Of a DNA stretch of 64,000 bases, positions 52,574 through 64,000 are shown piece by piece. Positions within the stretch are counted from its first letter, which is position 1, and the number at the start of each line of letters is the position of its first letter. Position numbers and translations under genes: made by a program. Source of the DNA: Macrostomum lignano (Eukaryota); the NCBI GenBank assembly GCA_002269645.1, contig NIVC01002297.1, positions 121,935 through 185,934 of the forward strand, given 5' to 3'. The notes under the pieces are model-generated. The model made no database searches. It had not been told where the DNA came from and was given only the letters and a program-made list of their open reading frames with translations.

Positions 52574-52590
52574 CCTGCAGCATATGCCAT
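52574..52590 (-). CDS. FAM151: FAM151/menorin-like putative first coding micro-exon (MAYAAG)
   Basis: ATG GCA TAT GCT GCA GG|GTGAGT; phase 2 matches exon 2; whole model 1707 nt = 568 aa + stop. Confidence 0.6.
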
Positions 52591-55500
52591 AAATATTAGT
52601 ACTCAGCCAGCAGTCAGGCTGTAATAAATTTAATATTTAAAATTATATTTATGGTAGCTGAAATTTGTGAAATTAGAAATAGAAATTTCTGACAATGTCT
52701 AAGGCTATCTTAAAAATTGTTTTCTCTCATTAGGATATAATTATAATTGTTATTATCCAATTGTTGCAAAGTAGACAAATTTTTATCTATTTACCATTGG
52801 CATTAGTTTAAGCACAAGCATCAATATGGTAAGCATATTTTAAATTTTTTAAATACAGTAAATACAAACAAATTTCTCAACTTTATAACTGACACAAAGC
52901 CCTGGTCATTTACTACAAAATTCTAATCAGATTTACACTAAGTGAAACAAGGCTTTAAACTATTTTTTGAATACTTTGACTATTTGTAGACTTAAGGAAG
53001 ATATCAATAAATAAGAATATAAGATTTGAAAGGAATCTACTTCTAAGATAAGATTGACAATACTCAAAATCAAATGAACTTGACTAACATTAGTATACTG
53101 GTAGATTAGGGAAAAAAGTAATTAAATGAAAAGAAGCCTTACAAGTTTTGTTTAAAATGCAAAATAGTGATCACGAAAGTAGTGTAAATTATGTTATTCC
53201 TGTATTAGCATATTTTTGATATTATAGTTCTAAACTTTATCGCATATCATTAAAATATCTTCATACAGCACCATATATATTATTCGAAATGGCTACAGAA
53301 GGCCTAAATGACTTATAGTCACCAATATAATATTAGTACTAAATAAATAAAAAATAAACCATTTTCGAATAGGCCTTGAAGCTTGAAAATTATGCCGCTA
53401 ACTCGTAATTTTTTGTGGTAAATATATAACTGAAAACACTTGAAGATAATAAAAATTATAAAATGATTAATGAAGAGATGGGGAATATTTAGCGTTCAAC
53501 AAAATTTTGATCGCAAACCGCACACCGTGCATACGATTAAGGGTAACTCTGCTGACTGCTCTGTCAACTGGCAAAGTAAAGTATTATAAAGCAAACCGCA
53601 TTCAATAAATTGAGGACACGCGCCAGTTAAACTCTGAAACCAAGCACCCGTGTTTGCTTAAAACTAACGAAAACAGCACGATTTAAGTTTTTTGTTTACG
53701 GTATGACAGCATGCTGGTTGCTGTCTCAGCTTGCTGGTTAATCGAAAAATGATTGTTACAATATCAACAAAGCTAGTTAACTTTTTAGCGCCAATAAATG
53801 CATTCATGTTTTAGTAGCTTGTTGCAGGACTCTCTTTCTGCTGTGGGTTTCTTGTTAGTTAGTTTTAGACATGCATCATGACGGTAGGCCTAGGCCCTTG
53901 CAGCTTAAATTTAAATGCTTTCTACTCGTTGAAGCGAAGGCACGTGCGTGCGTGCTGCTGGCCGGCAACTAGGAAACTAGGGTCTAAAATCCATGTAGTT
54001 CTAAAACTGAGCTGGGGTGAAGGCTATGTGGCTAAGCCTACACATGACATGCCTAAACTAGGCTTACTACTATAAGGCATTGAATTAGACCTAGGTTGTG
54101 CTGTACCTGTACTGTAGCTTAGTAGAGATTTTTTAATAAAATAATTGGTTCTAATTCTAAATTCTAATACTATGGTATTAAACGAACTAACAAGTCTGGT
54201 TTATTTAAGTCAAGTTAATTGTGTTGTTTAAAAGGTAATCTAGCCACTTGGTATAGGCCTACTCCTACTCCTAGGCCTAGGCCAGCCCCAGTGGGCCTAG
54301 CCAGGTAGAAGTTTAGTAGTAGGTAGGCGGTAGGCCTAGTAATTGAGTGAGTTGAGTTGAGTAGAAAAAAGTAGGGCCTAAGCCTTTGCTTCCCATATAG
54401 TCATATGCAAAAAATATCAGTTTTTATTCTAGAGAGTAAGAGAGACTAAGAGTGAGTGCAATTCTAGGTTTAGACCTAATTAGAAAAAATAACCAGATAT
54501 TGCTATAAAGTAGGCTATAATGCTAATATTGTATTGGCCATTTAAAAATATTTGACTTTGAAAAAGTTCTTGGCTATAAAGTAGTGTATATTTCATTGCT
54601 ATATTATAATATTAAATAGGCCGGCTTCCAGACAGTCTGGCAACACAGCCATGTCCCACTCATGAGGCCATTCTATCCTCGGAAAACACGGCCTTGCAGC
54701 CCAGCAATGAATGTAGCGGTGTAGTGCTGCATGTATTTCTGGCTTTATTTTACGTTGTATTGAAAACATTTGTGCACATATGCACAAAAAAGTTCTTTCA
54801 TTGAAACGGTTATACCCTTTTACATTTTACATATATATTGGCAATGCCAATGGCTTAATTTAATTTAAGCAGTTCTATACACCTAAAAATATGGGCCCTA
54901 AAATTTATGCTTTTTCTTCAGTTAGTGTTATGGTATATAAAAGGCGCATATATCCAAGACCTATCTATATAATATAATGGTATTTCTATATATAAATAGT
55001 AATGTTAATTGCTAAATAAAAAATAGAGCTTGACTAGTAAACCATTTGCTAGTATATAACTGGGTTATTATTTTTTATTAACAGAGCCAGATTTGTCTAT
55101 ATTGTTGATATATTTCTAGCCAAAGCATTATAGTATTAGTTGCCTATATTAGCTATTAGCTATGCCTTGCCTAGATATAGTATAGGGCCTTAATTCTATC
55201 TAGCCTAGGATAGAACTCTATAGCTTTAAGGACTTAATTTTAATGTAGGCCTATTAAGTTTTTAATCCATTTTACACAAAATTGACTATTTGATTTGATA
55301 TCAAACCTATTTAATTTAAGCCCTAGGCCTAGCCAAAATAAATCATTGCTAAATAGAATTGAAATTTAAAATTAAATATACTAGGCCTAGCCTACCAAAA
55401 TTTATATATACCAAGTTATATATAGTGCTAGGCCTAGGGCTAAAGAAAAGTTGAACCCTAATAATACTATTAATTATACTAATGAATTAGTGAGTAAACT

Positions 55501-55906
55501 TGAAGCCTGCCTACTAGGCCTAATATAAATAATTAAGCATACAAGCAAATATTAGAGATTTAGTATATTTGGTTTGGATTAATATATTCTAATTAGGTCT
55601 ATATTTGATTCAAAATAGCTAAGCCTACCTAAGCTTTAGCTTAGGCTAAAGATAAAAGCATGAATTTAGCCTTTTTATTGGATTAAAATATGTTTAGTTA
55701 GCATGCTTGGGTTGGGTGTAAACCCTTTTTCATCTTTCTATATCCTCTTTTCTTATTCTCTATCTTCTATCCTTATACTCTTTTCTACCCTTTTTACCCT
55801 CCCCTCACCTTTTGATCCTATCCTCTTCAACCTATCTCTACCCTCTTCTACTAGGTTCTACCCTTGTTTATAGCTTTACATTTATTTGTGGCTTCATTCT
55901 CTTAGC

Positions 55907-56670
55907 CCTAGCCCTAGCCCCAGCTTAGCCCTAGCTTGAGATCAAGCCCCAGCTCAAGCTCTAGCCACACCACAGCCCTAGCAGCCAGCTCTAGCTTAAG
56001 CTCAAGCACTAGCCCAGTCCTAGCCCTATCCCACTCTATCCCAGCCCCTAATCTAGCCCTAACCTTAGCCCTAGCCCTAGTTCCTCCCCTAGCCCTGGCC
56101 TTAGCCTTAGTGCTTGTTATCCCTGCCCCAGCTCTGGCCCTATCACTATCCTGCCCCAGCCCTAGCCCTTGCCCTAGCCCCAGCCCTAGCCCCAGCCCCA
56201 GCCTTTGCCCTTGCCCTAGCCTTAGCCCAAGCCCCAGCCTTAGCCCCAGCCCCAGCCTTTGCCCTAGCCTTAGCCCAAGCCCTTGCCCTAGCCTTAGCCC
56301 AAGCCCAAGCCCTAGCCCTAGCCCTTGCCCCTGCCCTAGCCCTAGCCCCAGCCATGCCCTAGCCTTAGCCCTAGCCTTAGCCCAAGCCCAAGCCCTAGCC
56401 CAAGCCCTAGCCTTAGCCTAAGCCCTTGCCCCTGCCCCTGCCCCTGCCCCTGCCCCTGCATTTGCCCTAGCCCCAGCTCCAGCCCCTGCCCTTGCCCTAG
56501 CCCTAGCCCCAGCCCCTGCCCTTGCCCTAGCCCTAGCCCCAGCCCTACCCCACCCCCAGCCCTACCCCACCCCAGTGCCAGCCCTACCCCATCTCAGCGC
56601 CAGCCCTACCCCATCCCAGTCTTGGCCCTAGACCCCCAGAACTGGCCCTTTCACTATCCTAGCCCTAACC
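55907..56670. repeat. Degenerate hexamer repeat (CCCTAG/CCCCAG/CCTTAG)n
   Basis: Direct. Confidence 0.9.
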
Positions 56671-56879
56671 CCAGCAGAATTATACTTCTTTGACTCCTGC
56701 ACCCCTGCACTCCCTACACCCCGTGCACTCCACATGTGCTGTTTGTATTTTTATGAATGCTTTTTTGTTGCTTTAATCATTAATTCCTCCCAGGCAGTCC
56801 TTCTAGGCTATCTTTCCTAGGCAGCCCCCAGGCAAACCTTTCAAGGCAGCTTTCCCAGGCAAACCCTCCCAGACAGCCC

Positions 56880-57250
56880 CCCACCCTCCTCTACTCTTCT
56901 ATCCTCTCCTTACTCTTCTCTACCCTTTATCCTCCTACTCTCCTCTACTATCCTACACACCTCTATCCTTCTCTACCCTCTACCCTTTCTCTACCCTCTT
57001 CTACCAGCTCCTCCCCTCCTCTGCAGCTATACCCTTGTCTATTGCCTTAACCTCCGTTACCAGCCTCACCCCCTACTCTCCTCTACCAGCTCCTACCCTT
57101 CTCTGCCCTTCTACCATTTCCTACCCTCCTACCTTCTACTCTCCCCTGCCCTGCTCTACCCTTCGACACTTTCCCTTCTCTCTTCTACCAGCTCCTACCC
57201 TCCTCTACCAACTCTTACCCTCCTAGCCTCCGCCATCAGCTCCTACCCTC
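56880..57250. repeat. CT-rich low-complexity tract
   Basis: Direct. Confidence 0.8.
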
Positions 57251-57593
57251 CTATAACAGGAGGAATAACAGGATAATGAACCTAGATTAGATTCTATCTA
57301 CTATACTAGGTTAGTAGCCTATCCTACCTACTAGGCTAGTAAATATAATACCTATCATTCTACCGTCTAGACTTATAGGTGCTAATCTACTTTATAGTCT
57401 GTTAGGCTTCGCGGGTCAACCTGCTAGTCTTCTAGGTACAAATCCACTCTATCTACCTGACTAGTAGTTGCTAAACAACTCTGTACCCTACAAGGCTAGT
57501 AGTCCTAATATACCTATCTACGAGCTCGTACTAGGCAAGTTGTGCTAAACTGCCCTACCTTATATGCTAATAGTTGCTCAAATATTCCTTTTA

Positions 57594-58470
57594 ACAACAA
57601 CAACAACAAAATACGCTGTCATGATGGTAAAGGTCAGCGTCACAGGGCGCGCTTCATGGCTTGGGCGCGAACAAAGGCCGCGCCACCGGCAGTGTCCGGG
57701 GCGCCGGCGTCAGCCAGCAGACAGTCGACATAACGCCGAGTTCGCGCTTGACCTCGCCGGTAGGGTGCCTGCAGCGTGAGCAGCAGCACCTCCTGCACCG
57801 GCTGTGGGCAGTACGACTCGGCGCGGATGAGATGGCCTGCGAGCTGGAGTCGCCGACGGCGCAGTAGATCACTTGGACGTGGCAGGCCAGCGCGGCGATA
57901 GAGTGCCGCGTTGGTGACTCGCTCGACGCCGATGTTGAAGGCGGCGCGCAGCAGACCAGCGTGCGCCGCATCGACTTGCTGTTCGAGTGAGTCCGTCAGC
58001 GTCCAGGTCTCGGCGTTGTACAGCAGGACGGTCTCGATTACCGCCTGGAACAGCGCCGCCCTCTGGCGGTCCGGTAGGGCCTCGGACTGCAGGACTGCCC
58101 TCACAGAACGAAAGGCAGCCCAGGCAAGCCCGCGGCGGCGTCGCAGGTCCTCGCGAGCGTCTGGAACCAGACCGCCGAGGTAGACGAACTGCTGACATCG
58201 CGGGAGTTCGGTCGCCTGCCCGTCAGCGCCTCGGCAAAATATTGCAGCCTCGATGTCGTCCGGCACGCAGAGCACAACGGTCTTCTGCGTGTTGACCACC
58301 AGGCCGACACTCGCCGCAACGGCAACCAGCCTGTCCAGCTGCCGTTGGGCGCCCTCGACGGTCGAGGACAGCAGGGCGAGGTCATCGGCGTAGCCAAGCA
58401 CGCTGAGCCGCTTCTCCGGTTGACGTCGACCCACGCGTCGCTGCAGCAGAAAACCGTCGTCGTCGGTAGG
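57594..58470 (-). mobile_element. 5'-truncated RTE-like non-LTR retrotransposon, recent insertion
   Basis: Uninterrupted RT frame with YADD, VYLG, LLYNAETWTLT, LAGHLIR; (TTG)n 3' tail; exact 10-bp TSD ATTCCTTTTA at 57584-57593 and 58471-58480. Confidence 0.95.
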
Positions 58471-58519
58471 ATTCCTTTTAGAAGCTTCTGAGTAGTTGAA
58501 GTCAGTTTGCTTAAGGTCT

Positions 58520-58960
58520 TTCACTCTCCCTTTTTCTCTTTGCTATTCTCCCCTAGCCTTGATATTCTTCTCCTTACCCATCCTTGCTATTCTCTTACCT
58601 TCCTTCTATTACTGTTTTTTTCTTTTATATTCCCTGCTGAACTTCCCCTCCTCCTCTATCCTTTTCATTCCCTTCCTCCTCTATCCTTGTTGCTATTTCC
58701 CTTCTCCATTCTCCTTGTCCCCCATTCTCCTTGCTATTCCTCTTTGCTTTGCTCCTTTTTCTCCCCTTCAGACCCAGCCCTTTCCTCCCTTTCAGACCTG
58801 ACCCTCTCCTCCATTCAGTACCCACCCTCTCCTCCCCTTCAGATTCCACCCTCTCCTCCCCTTCAGATTCCACCCTCTCTTCCCCTTCAAACCCTCTTCT
58901 CCCCTTTAGACCCCAGCCTCTTCTCCCCTTCAGACCCCACCCTTTTCTTCTTTCCAGCCT
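58520..58960. repeat. CT-rich low-complexity tract
   Basis: Direct. Confidence 0.75.
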
Positions 58961-59119
58961 CACCTCGTAGCTCTGCTAATTAAACTTTAACTATTCTTTT
59001 CAGAAGAAGTGAAGAAGAATTTATCTCCTTCCTCTCTTCAGAATATCCTCGCATCGGTCTTGTGGTCATTCTACGTGCCGTAGCGACTGGTCGCAGCAAC
59101 CATAACTCTCTACCGCCGC

Positions 59120-59870
59120 CGTAATGGCACCTGACGTACTGTCCAACCTGTTCAACACGACCTCAGGGTGCTGCAGAGCGACACACTTGCGGCCTACCTT
59201 TTCGTTTTGGTGCTCGATGGGGTGCTACGGAGGGCCCTGCCAACAGATGAGGACGGCTTCCTACTGTGGCTGCAAACAAACAGCCGCCATCTGGAGTCGG
59301 CGTAACCCAGGAGCTGTTGGAGCTGTTTGCCTCTACGGCTGAGGGAGCCCAGCGCATGCTAGACAGCCTGGTGGCAGCTGCGGCATCGGTCGGGCTAGCG
59401 GTGAACATCGAGAAGAGGCAGGTGATGTGTACCTGCGGAGCTGCCTATCAAAATCACCTGCTGGGACGCCCGACGATCGTGCATTGGCTCTACCTCGCTG
59501 CACGCGCTTCACGTACCTCGGCAGTCTTGTGCCCAGTGTCCAGGAGGACTTGGCGCGACGCAGGGGCCTGGCCTGGGTTGCCTTCCGCTCTATCCGAGTT
59601 GTCCTGTAGGACGCCGCGCTGCCAGACTGCTGCGACGACCTAGCGAGACCCTCCGCAGGCAAAGACTTCAACTGGCGGGCCACACCATTCGGCGGAGGCT
59701 TACTGTTCTCAACCAGTGCAGGACGTCCTGCTACTCACGATGCAGGGCCCCTGGCCCCGAGGCTACGGCCGGGCGAGCCGCTACGCGGATTGCTTGCTAG
59801 ATGACGCTGGGGTGATCGGCTAGGAATTCTGTTGCCGCCTTCAGAGAGCTCGCACCGAGAAAACTGATCT
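59120..59870 (+). mobile_element. Degenerate copy of a related RTE-like element in the opposite orientation
   Basis: Across frames: TTSG(VLQG)DTLAxYLFVLVLD, PTDEDGFLL, STAEGAQRMLDSLVAAAASVGLAVN, LPRCTRFTYLGSLVP...RRRGLAWVAFRS; many frameshifts. Confidence 0.85.
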
Positions 59871-60966
59871 GACACCACCTCCGTTGTGAACTGTACTCTG
59901 TTGAGTCCCCGGCGGTTTGCCTTGTTGTTGTCTCTACAGAATAATTTGCCCAGCTGCGAACTGTGATGGTGCATATCGCGTACTCACGATTCAAAAGTTT
60001 ATGCTTCTTACTGTTTCACTGATCTAATTCCAAACCTACCACGCAAACTATTTACTTTTAATTCCGTGTGCTTTTCTTGTGTTTTACTTTTTACCGTTTG
60101 GTGTCAATGCTATTTATTGCGTGTAATATTGTCGCAAAATTCAACTTCGGATGTCAATATTTAGCTACTGCCGCTGTTCTGCATTACAAATACTTCCGCA
60201 TGTACTGACGTAACATTGCGCCAATAATTTTACATTGCGTGGCGTCGAAACCAATCTGCTGTTGAATGCTACTAGCGTAGCTAATGGCCGTTTGAATCTC
60301 TTGAAATACACTAAAATGTCATGCTGTAGTATTGCTGTTGAAGATCTAAACGAGACTAGCCATACTCCCTACTGATCCATATGCTTCTCAAGCAAGGTAT
60401 ACGGAAAGCAGAATGAGCAGCAAACTTAGTATTTGATCTTTGGATCCCTTATAGAACCAAGGGAAGGGATCTAGTCTAGATCTAACATTTAAATAAAAAT
60501 TCTTGATATAATGGAATGCAATAAATGCCAACCGAAGTAATTTTTTAACTTCCACTTTCCCCGAGTTTGACCACTTTCTCTGCTACAGGCTTAAGCTAAA
60601 CCAACGCAAAATACGAGCCTGAATAAAAAACAACTCACTCCACAACCTTAAGCTTCATATTTCTTTCTGCCACTGCTGTGTCTTGCAATACTCATAAATC
60701 CTGTGACTTCGCTTCACAGATGTTGCTTGAGAAACATATGCCGTCCCATTTGAATTGGCGCAAGTCTCTTTTACATCGTCAAAAGCAATATGTCTGGTGC
60801 CAATTATATTTGTGCCGATCAAACTTCCTAGAGAATGATTTGTTGATAACTACATGTCCCTGTCTTGAAGCTTGCACGCTGTCTTTAACCATTATTTTGT
60901 CGGTGTACAACGTGGAACCGATCAGACAAGTTGGTCGTAAATTCCCTAAAATCCTGGATAGGGGCT

Positions 60967-61525
60967 GAGCTGTTGGGGAAGAGCTAGGCGGCAAGCAGCG
61001 GAGCTGTTGGGGGAGCCGCGGTAGGCAGCGGAGCTGTTGGGGGAGCCGCGGTAGGCAGCGGAGCTGTTGGGGGAGAGGCGGTAGGCAGCGGAGCTGTTGG
61101 GGGAGCCGCGTTAGGCAGCGGAGCTGCTGGGGAGCCGCGGTAGGCAGCGGAGCTGTTGGGGAAGAGCTAGGCGGCAAGCAGCGGAGCTGTTGGGGGAGAG
61201 GCGGTAGACAGCGGAAATGTTGGGGGAGCCGCGGTAGGCAGCGGAGCTGCTGGGGGAGAGGCGGCAAGCAGCGGAGCTGTTGGGGGAGCCGCGGTAGGCA
61301 GCGGAGCTGTTGGGGGAGAGGCGGTAGGCAGCGGAAATGTTGGGGGAGCCGCGGTAGGCAGCGGAGCTGTTGGGGGAGAGGCGGTAGGCAGCGGAGCTGT
61401 TGGGGGAGCCGCGTTAGGCAGCGGAGCTGCTGGGGAAGCCGCGGTAGGCAGCGGAGCTGCTGGGGGAGAGGCGGCAAGCAGCGGAGCTGCTGGGGGAGAC
61501 GCGGTAGGCAGCGGAGCTGTTGGGT
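60967..61525. repeat. 30-bp G-rich minisatellite (GCGGTAGGCAGCGGAGCTGTTGGGGGAGCC)n
   Basis: Direct. Confidence 0.95.
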
Positions 61526-61763
61526 GAAGGAGGAGGTGGCATACATGTAAGTACATGTAGGTTTCTATGCGATCATATTCCACAGAAGTCGCCTTCAAAA
61601 TTGGATACATGTTCAGCGTTCGAAAAATGAATCCCTCTCTGTGCATCCCTCCCTGGTGGTACCAAAGAATACCATTTTGTCAATCAAGTTTAGGATTGCC
61701 CATTAACCTACAGATCGTAGAAAGCGAAAACAATGAGGAAAGTGAAGCCTTTTGACGGGTCGC

Positions 61764-61925
61764 TTTCATAAGACCGAAATTTTACAACGCCTAAAACTAC
61801 TGCACGATGCTTTCACAAGACCGAAACTTCATAAGACCGACCGAGACACAACGCCGAAAACTGACCAAGGTCAAAGGGCCCTGCATTTTGAGTTTTTGGC
61901 GTTGTGAAATTTCGGTCTTATGAAA
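61764..61925. repeat. 28-bp inverted repeat pair with internal partial copies (MITE/foldback-like)
   Basis: TTTCATAAGACCGAAATTTTACAACGCC (61764-61791) versus GGCGTTGTGAAATTTCGGTCTTATGAAA (61898-61925), 1 mismatch. Confidence 0.8.
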
Positions 61926-62587
61926 TCCCCCTTTTACGAAGCCGATGAGTTCGTCCCGTAGTGTACTAACTAATATCCGAGTTTAAATGTATTATTCTAT
62001 AATTTAATTCGCTGCCTGTCAGCCACGATGGATCTATACAGGGAGCGGAGATTAATTTACATGTATGTACTCGTATATTACATGTATATAAACATAACAA
62101 TTCATATCTTACTTCCTTGGCTCTTTCTTTACCAGTGGAATGGCCGTCTATGGCCAAAAGTCATTAAATTGTTGCCTGAGAATTCAAACGAGACCGATTG
62201 TAGAGCCACTCATTAATTTTTTTTCTTGAAGCTGAAGTTTTTGATGAATACGCTCGAAATCACGTGCGACATCACCCTTGGGCAGTCCAGCCCGATGAAG
62301 TGTCGTTGTCGTTGCTACAGATTGCCAGCAGTCAAAAGTTGACATTCATGTCAATGTTGATATCACTTCTTCCATGTTGAAAATTGAATACTGAAGCAAT
62401 CCACTCGCTCAGCAAATTCAGCCTACCCCTTCATTTTGCTCCTATAAAATACACTAGCTACTGTAGTATTGTGTTGCCTGTTTTATTCAGTTTATGTCAG
62501 AAAGGGCTCTCTCCGCCTACCCTTTAACTCGTAATATCTGTGGAGTAAGTATATTTATCATTTATTGCGAATGATGCAACTTACGGC

Positions 62588-62925
62588 ATGCGCGAAGCTC
62601 ATTGGCACTTGGGGGTTGCACAGGACAACGCACCGCCACACCGAGCCGATGCTGTTAGTCAACCGAAAGAACAGCTACAGCTGCGCACTCTGCGCTGGTC
62701 CCGGTCCCCAGACATGAACCCATCGAGTAATGTCTGGGACTTCCTAAAACGCGGCATTCAAAAAGAGAATCCACCACAGAATGTTGTGGAGTTTCGTCAT
62801 GTCATCGAAAACGCTTGACAGCAGCTTCCCCAGGACTTTCTGCGCCGCCTCATCCTTTGGAATGCCCCGCAGTCGCCGCACTTCTGTGTGCGAGGGGATC
62901 CCACACGCGTTATAACCCACCGCGA
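62588..62925 (+). mobile_element. Tc1-family transposase C-terminal remnant
   Basis: QDNAPPH, W.RSPDMNP.SNVWD.LKR and terminal G.PT.Y-like motifs; stop and frameshift present. Confidence 0.82.
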
Positions 62926-63777
62926 TTGAAACTGCACATTGCATAAAAATGAACAAACTGTTGATTTTGCGCGACTGACGTTTATTGATTCAATCAACTT
63001 TCCCTTCCCCGCGGCAGCTTAGTTGCGCGTTGAGGGCGGATTGCGAGTGAAAAGTTGTGATAAGTGAGAAAATTTTCATCTCGCTTGGAGGATGGAACTT
63101 TTGACTGTTTGACTGCACTTTTTATTCCGGACTGATCCCATTATTGCATCATCTAAAATAATTCGATTGCCATGCTTAATTTCCATCCAATTCGTCAAGA
63201 GACTGAAACGATTAATTCGATCATATGTGACCAAGAAAATTCTAGGTCAGTGACTTCACTTTCTGTTTAAAAATACAGCAGTGATATACTCATTAATAGT
63301 TCTATATTGACCGAGGACAACACGCTGCTTTCAACGAAAGATTTAGGAGGGGAGACTTTGGCCTGAAGCCCCCATTCATCCCATAGCCAGCCAAGCCCTG
63401 AAATTGGTAAATAGTAGTGTAGTCAGTAGTCATTATACATGTATGGGGTATTTTCGTTGAAAATAAAAGTTTTGTGCCAATTGAGTAGAGCTCATATTCT
63501 TTTGCTCCTACATTAAGGTGCAGTTTTTTTGCGGTGCCACCCTTCCTATGCGCACTTCCGCTTGCCAGCAGTGCCCGAAGTTGATTCTATACTCTTATAC
63601 TCGTACATGTATACACTCAGCAACAGTCAAAACGCCACCCTACGAGAGAGGCGACTTCTCTCTCACCTCAACTGCAAGTGCCGTAACTTGCGCCACGTGG
63701 CTAAAGCTGGGTGAGAGTGAATTCCAGGGTGAGAGTACAAAAGGGACTGGGGTTGGGGTGCAACAGTACACGTGACA

Positions 63778-64000
63778 ATGGTCAGGCAATGACAGACGCT
63801 GAACGATGCGCGCTGTTGGCATGCCAGAAGCTGGTGCATCCATCAGCGCAGTTGCTCGCCAATTTGGTCGATCACGTTCAACAATTCGAGCGCTGTTAAC
63901 GAAATCCCAAGAGACTGGTAGTGTTCAGCATGCAGCCATAGGCAGCCAGCGCCATGATCTCCGCGGCTCAACAGCCAGGGCAAATTGACGTCTGCTGCGG
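63778..64000 (+). mobile_element. Tc1/Tc3-family transposase N-terminal HTH remnant, running off the window
   Basis: RAVGMPEAGASISAVARQFGRSRSTIRALLTKSQETGSV resembles the paired-like HTH of Tc1 elements; frameshifted. Confidence 0.75.

Noticed and set aside
55936-56421. Ala/Leu/Pro-rich extensin-like ORFs
   Set aside because: Translation of a degenerate hexamer repeat with no splice or start context
60779-61646. 255-aa and 159-aa Pro-rich ORFs
   Set aside because: Driven by the 30-bp minisatellite; flanking unique parts gave no recognisable protein or consistent exon

Overview
Eukaryotic (metazoan) genomic DNA, not prokaryotic: spliced genes with GT-AG introns and roughly 40% (about 26 kb, summed by eye) tandem repeats. 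The GC-rich exons and minisatellite-filled introns suggest a flatworm such as Macrostomum (inference only). Gene models reconstructed by hand with phase-consistent splice sites: last exon of a Rab8-like GTPase (+); a 4-exon klumpfuss/EGR-type C2H2 zinc-finger gene (-) with one apparent 1-bp frameshift; a complete 6-exon tryptophan 2,3-dioxygenase (-); a 2-exon secreted fibrinogen-related protein (+) whose 6-kb intron holds an antisense intronless PAN/apple + C-type-lectin gene and a full-length dead mariner; a possible small membrane-protein gene (+); a 6-exon FAM151/menorin gene (-). Mobile DNA: mariner, hAT-like MITE, several non-LTR retrotransposon fragments (one recent RTE-like insertion with a 10-bp TSD) and Tc1 remnants. 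Most ORFs in the supplied track are translations of tandem repeats. No CRISPR array, rRNA or tRNA was seen, and I cannot support a wholly new biological system. The best leads are the nested lectin locus and repeat arrays that overlap or mimic splicing signals.
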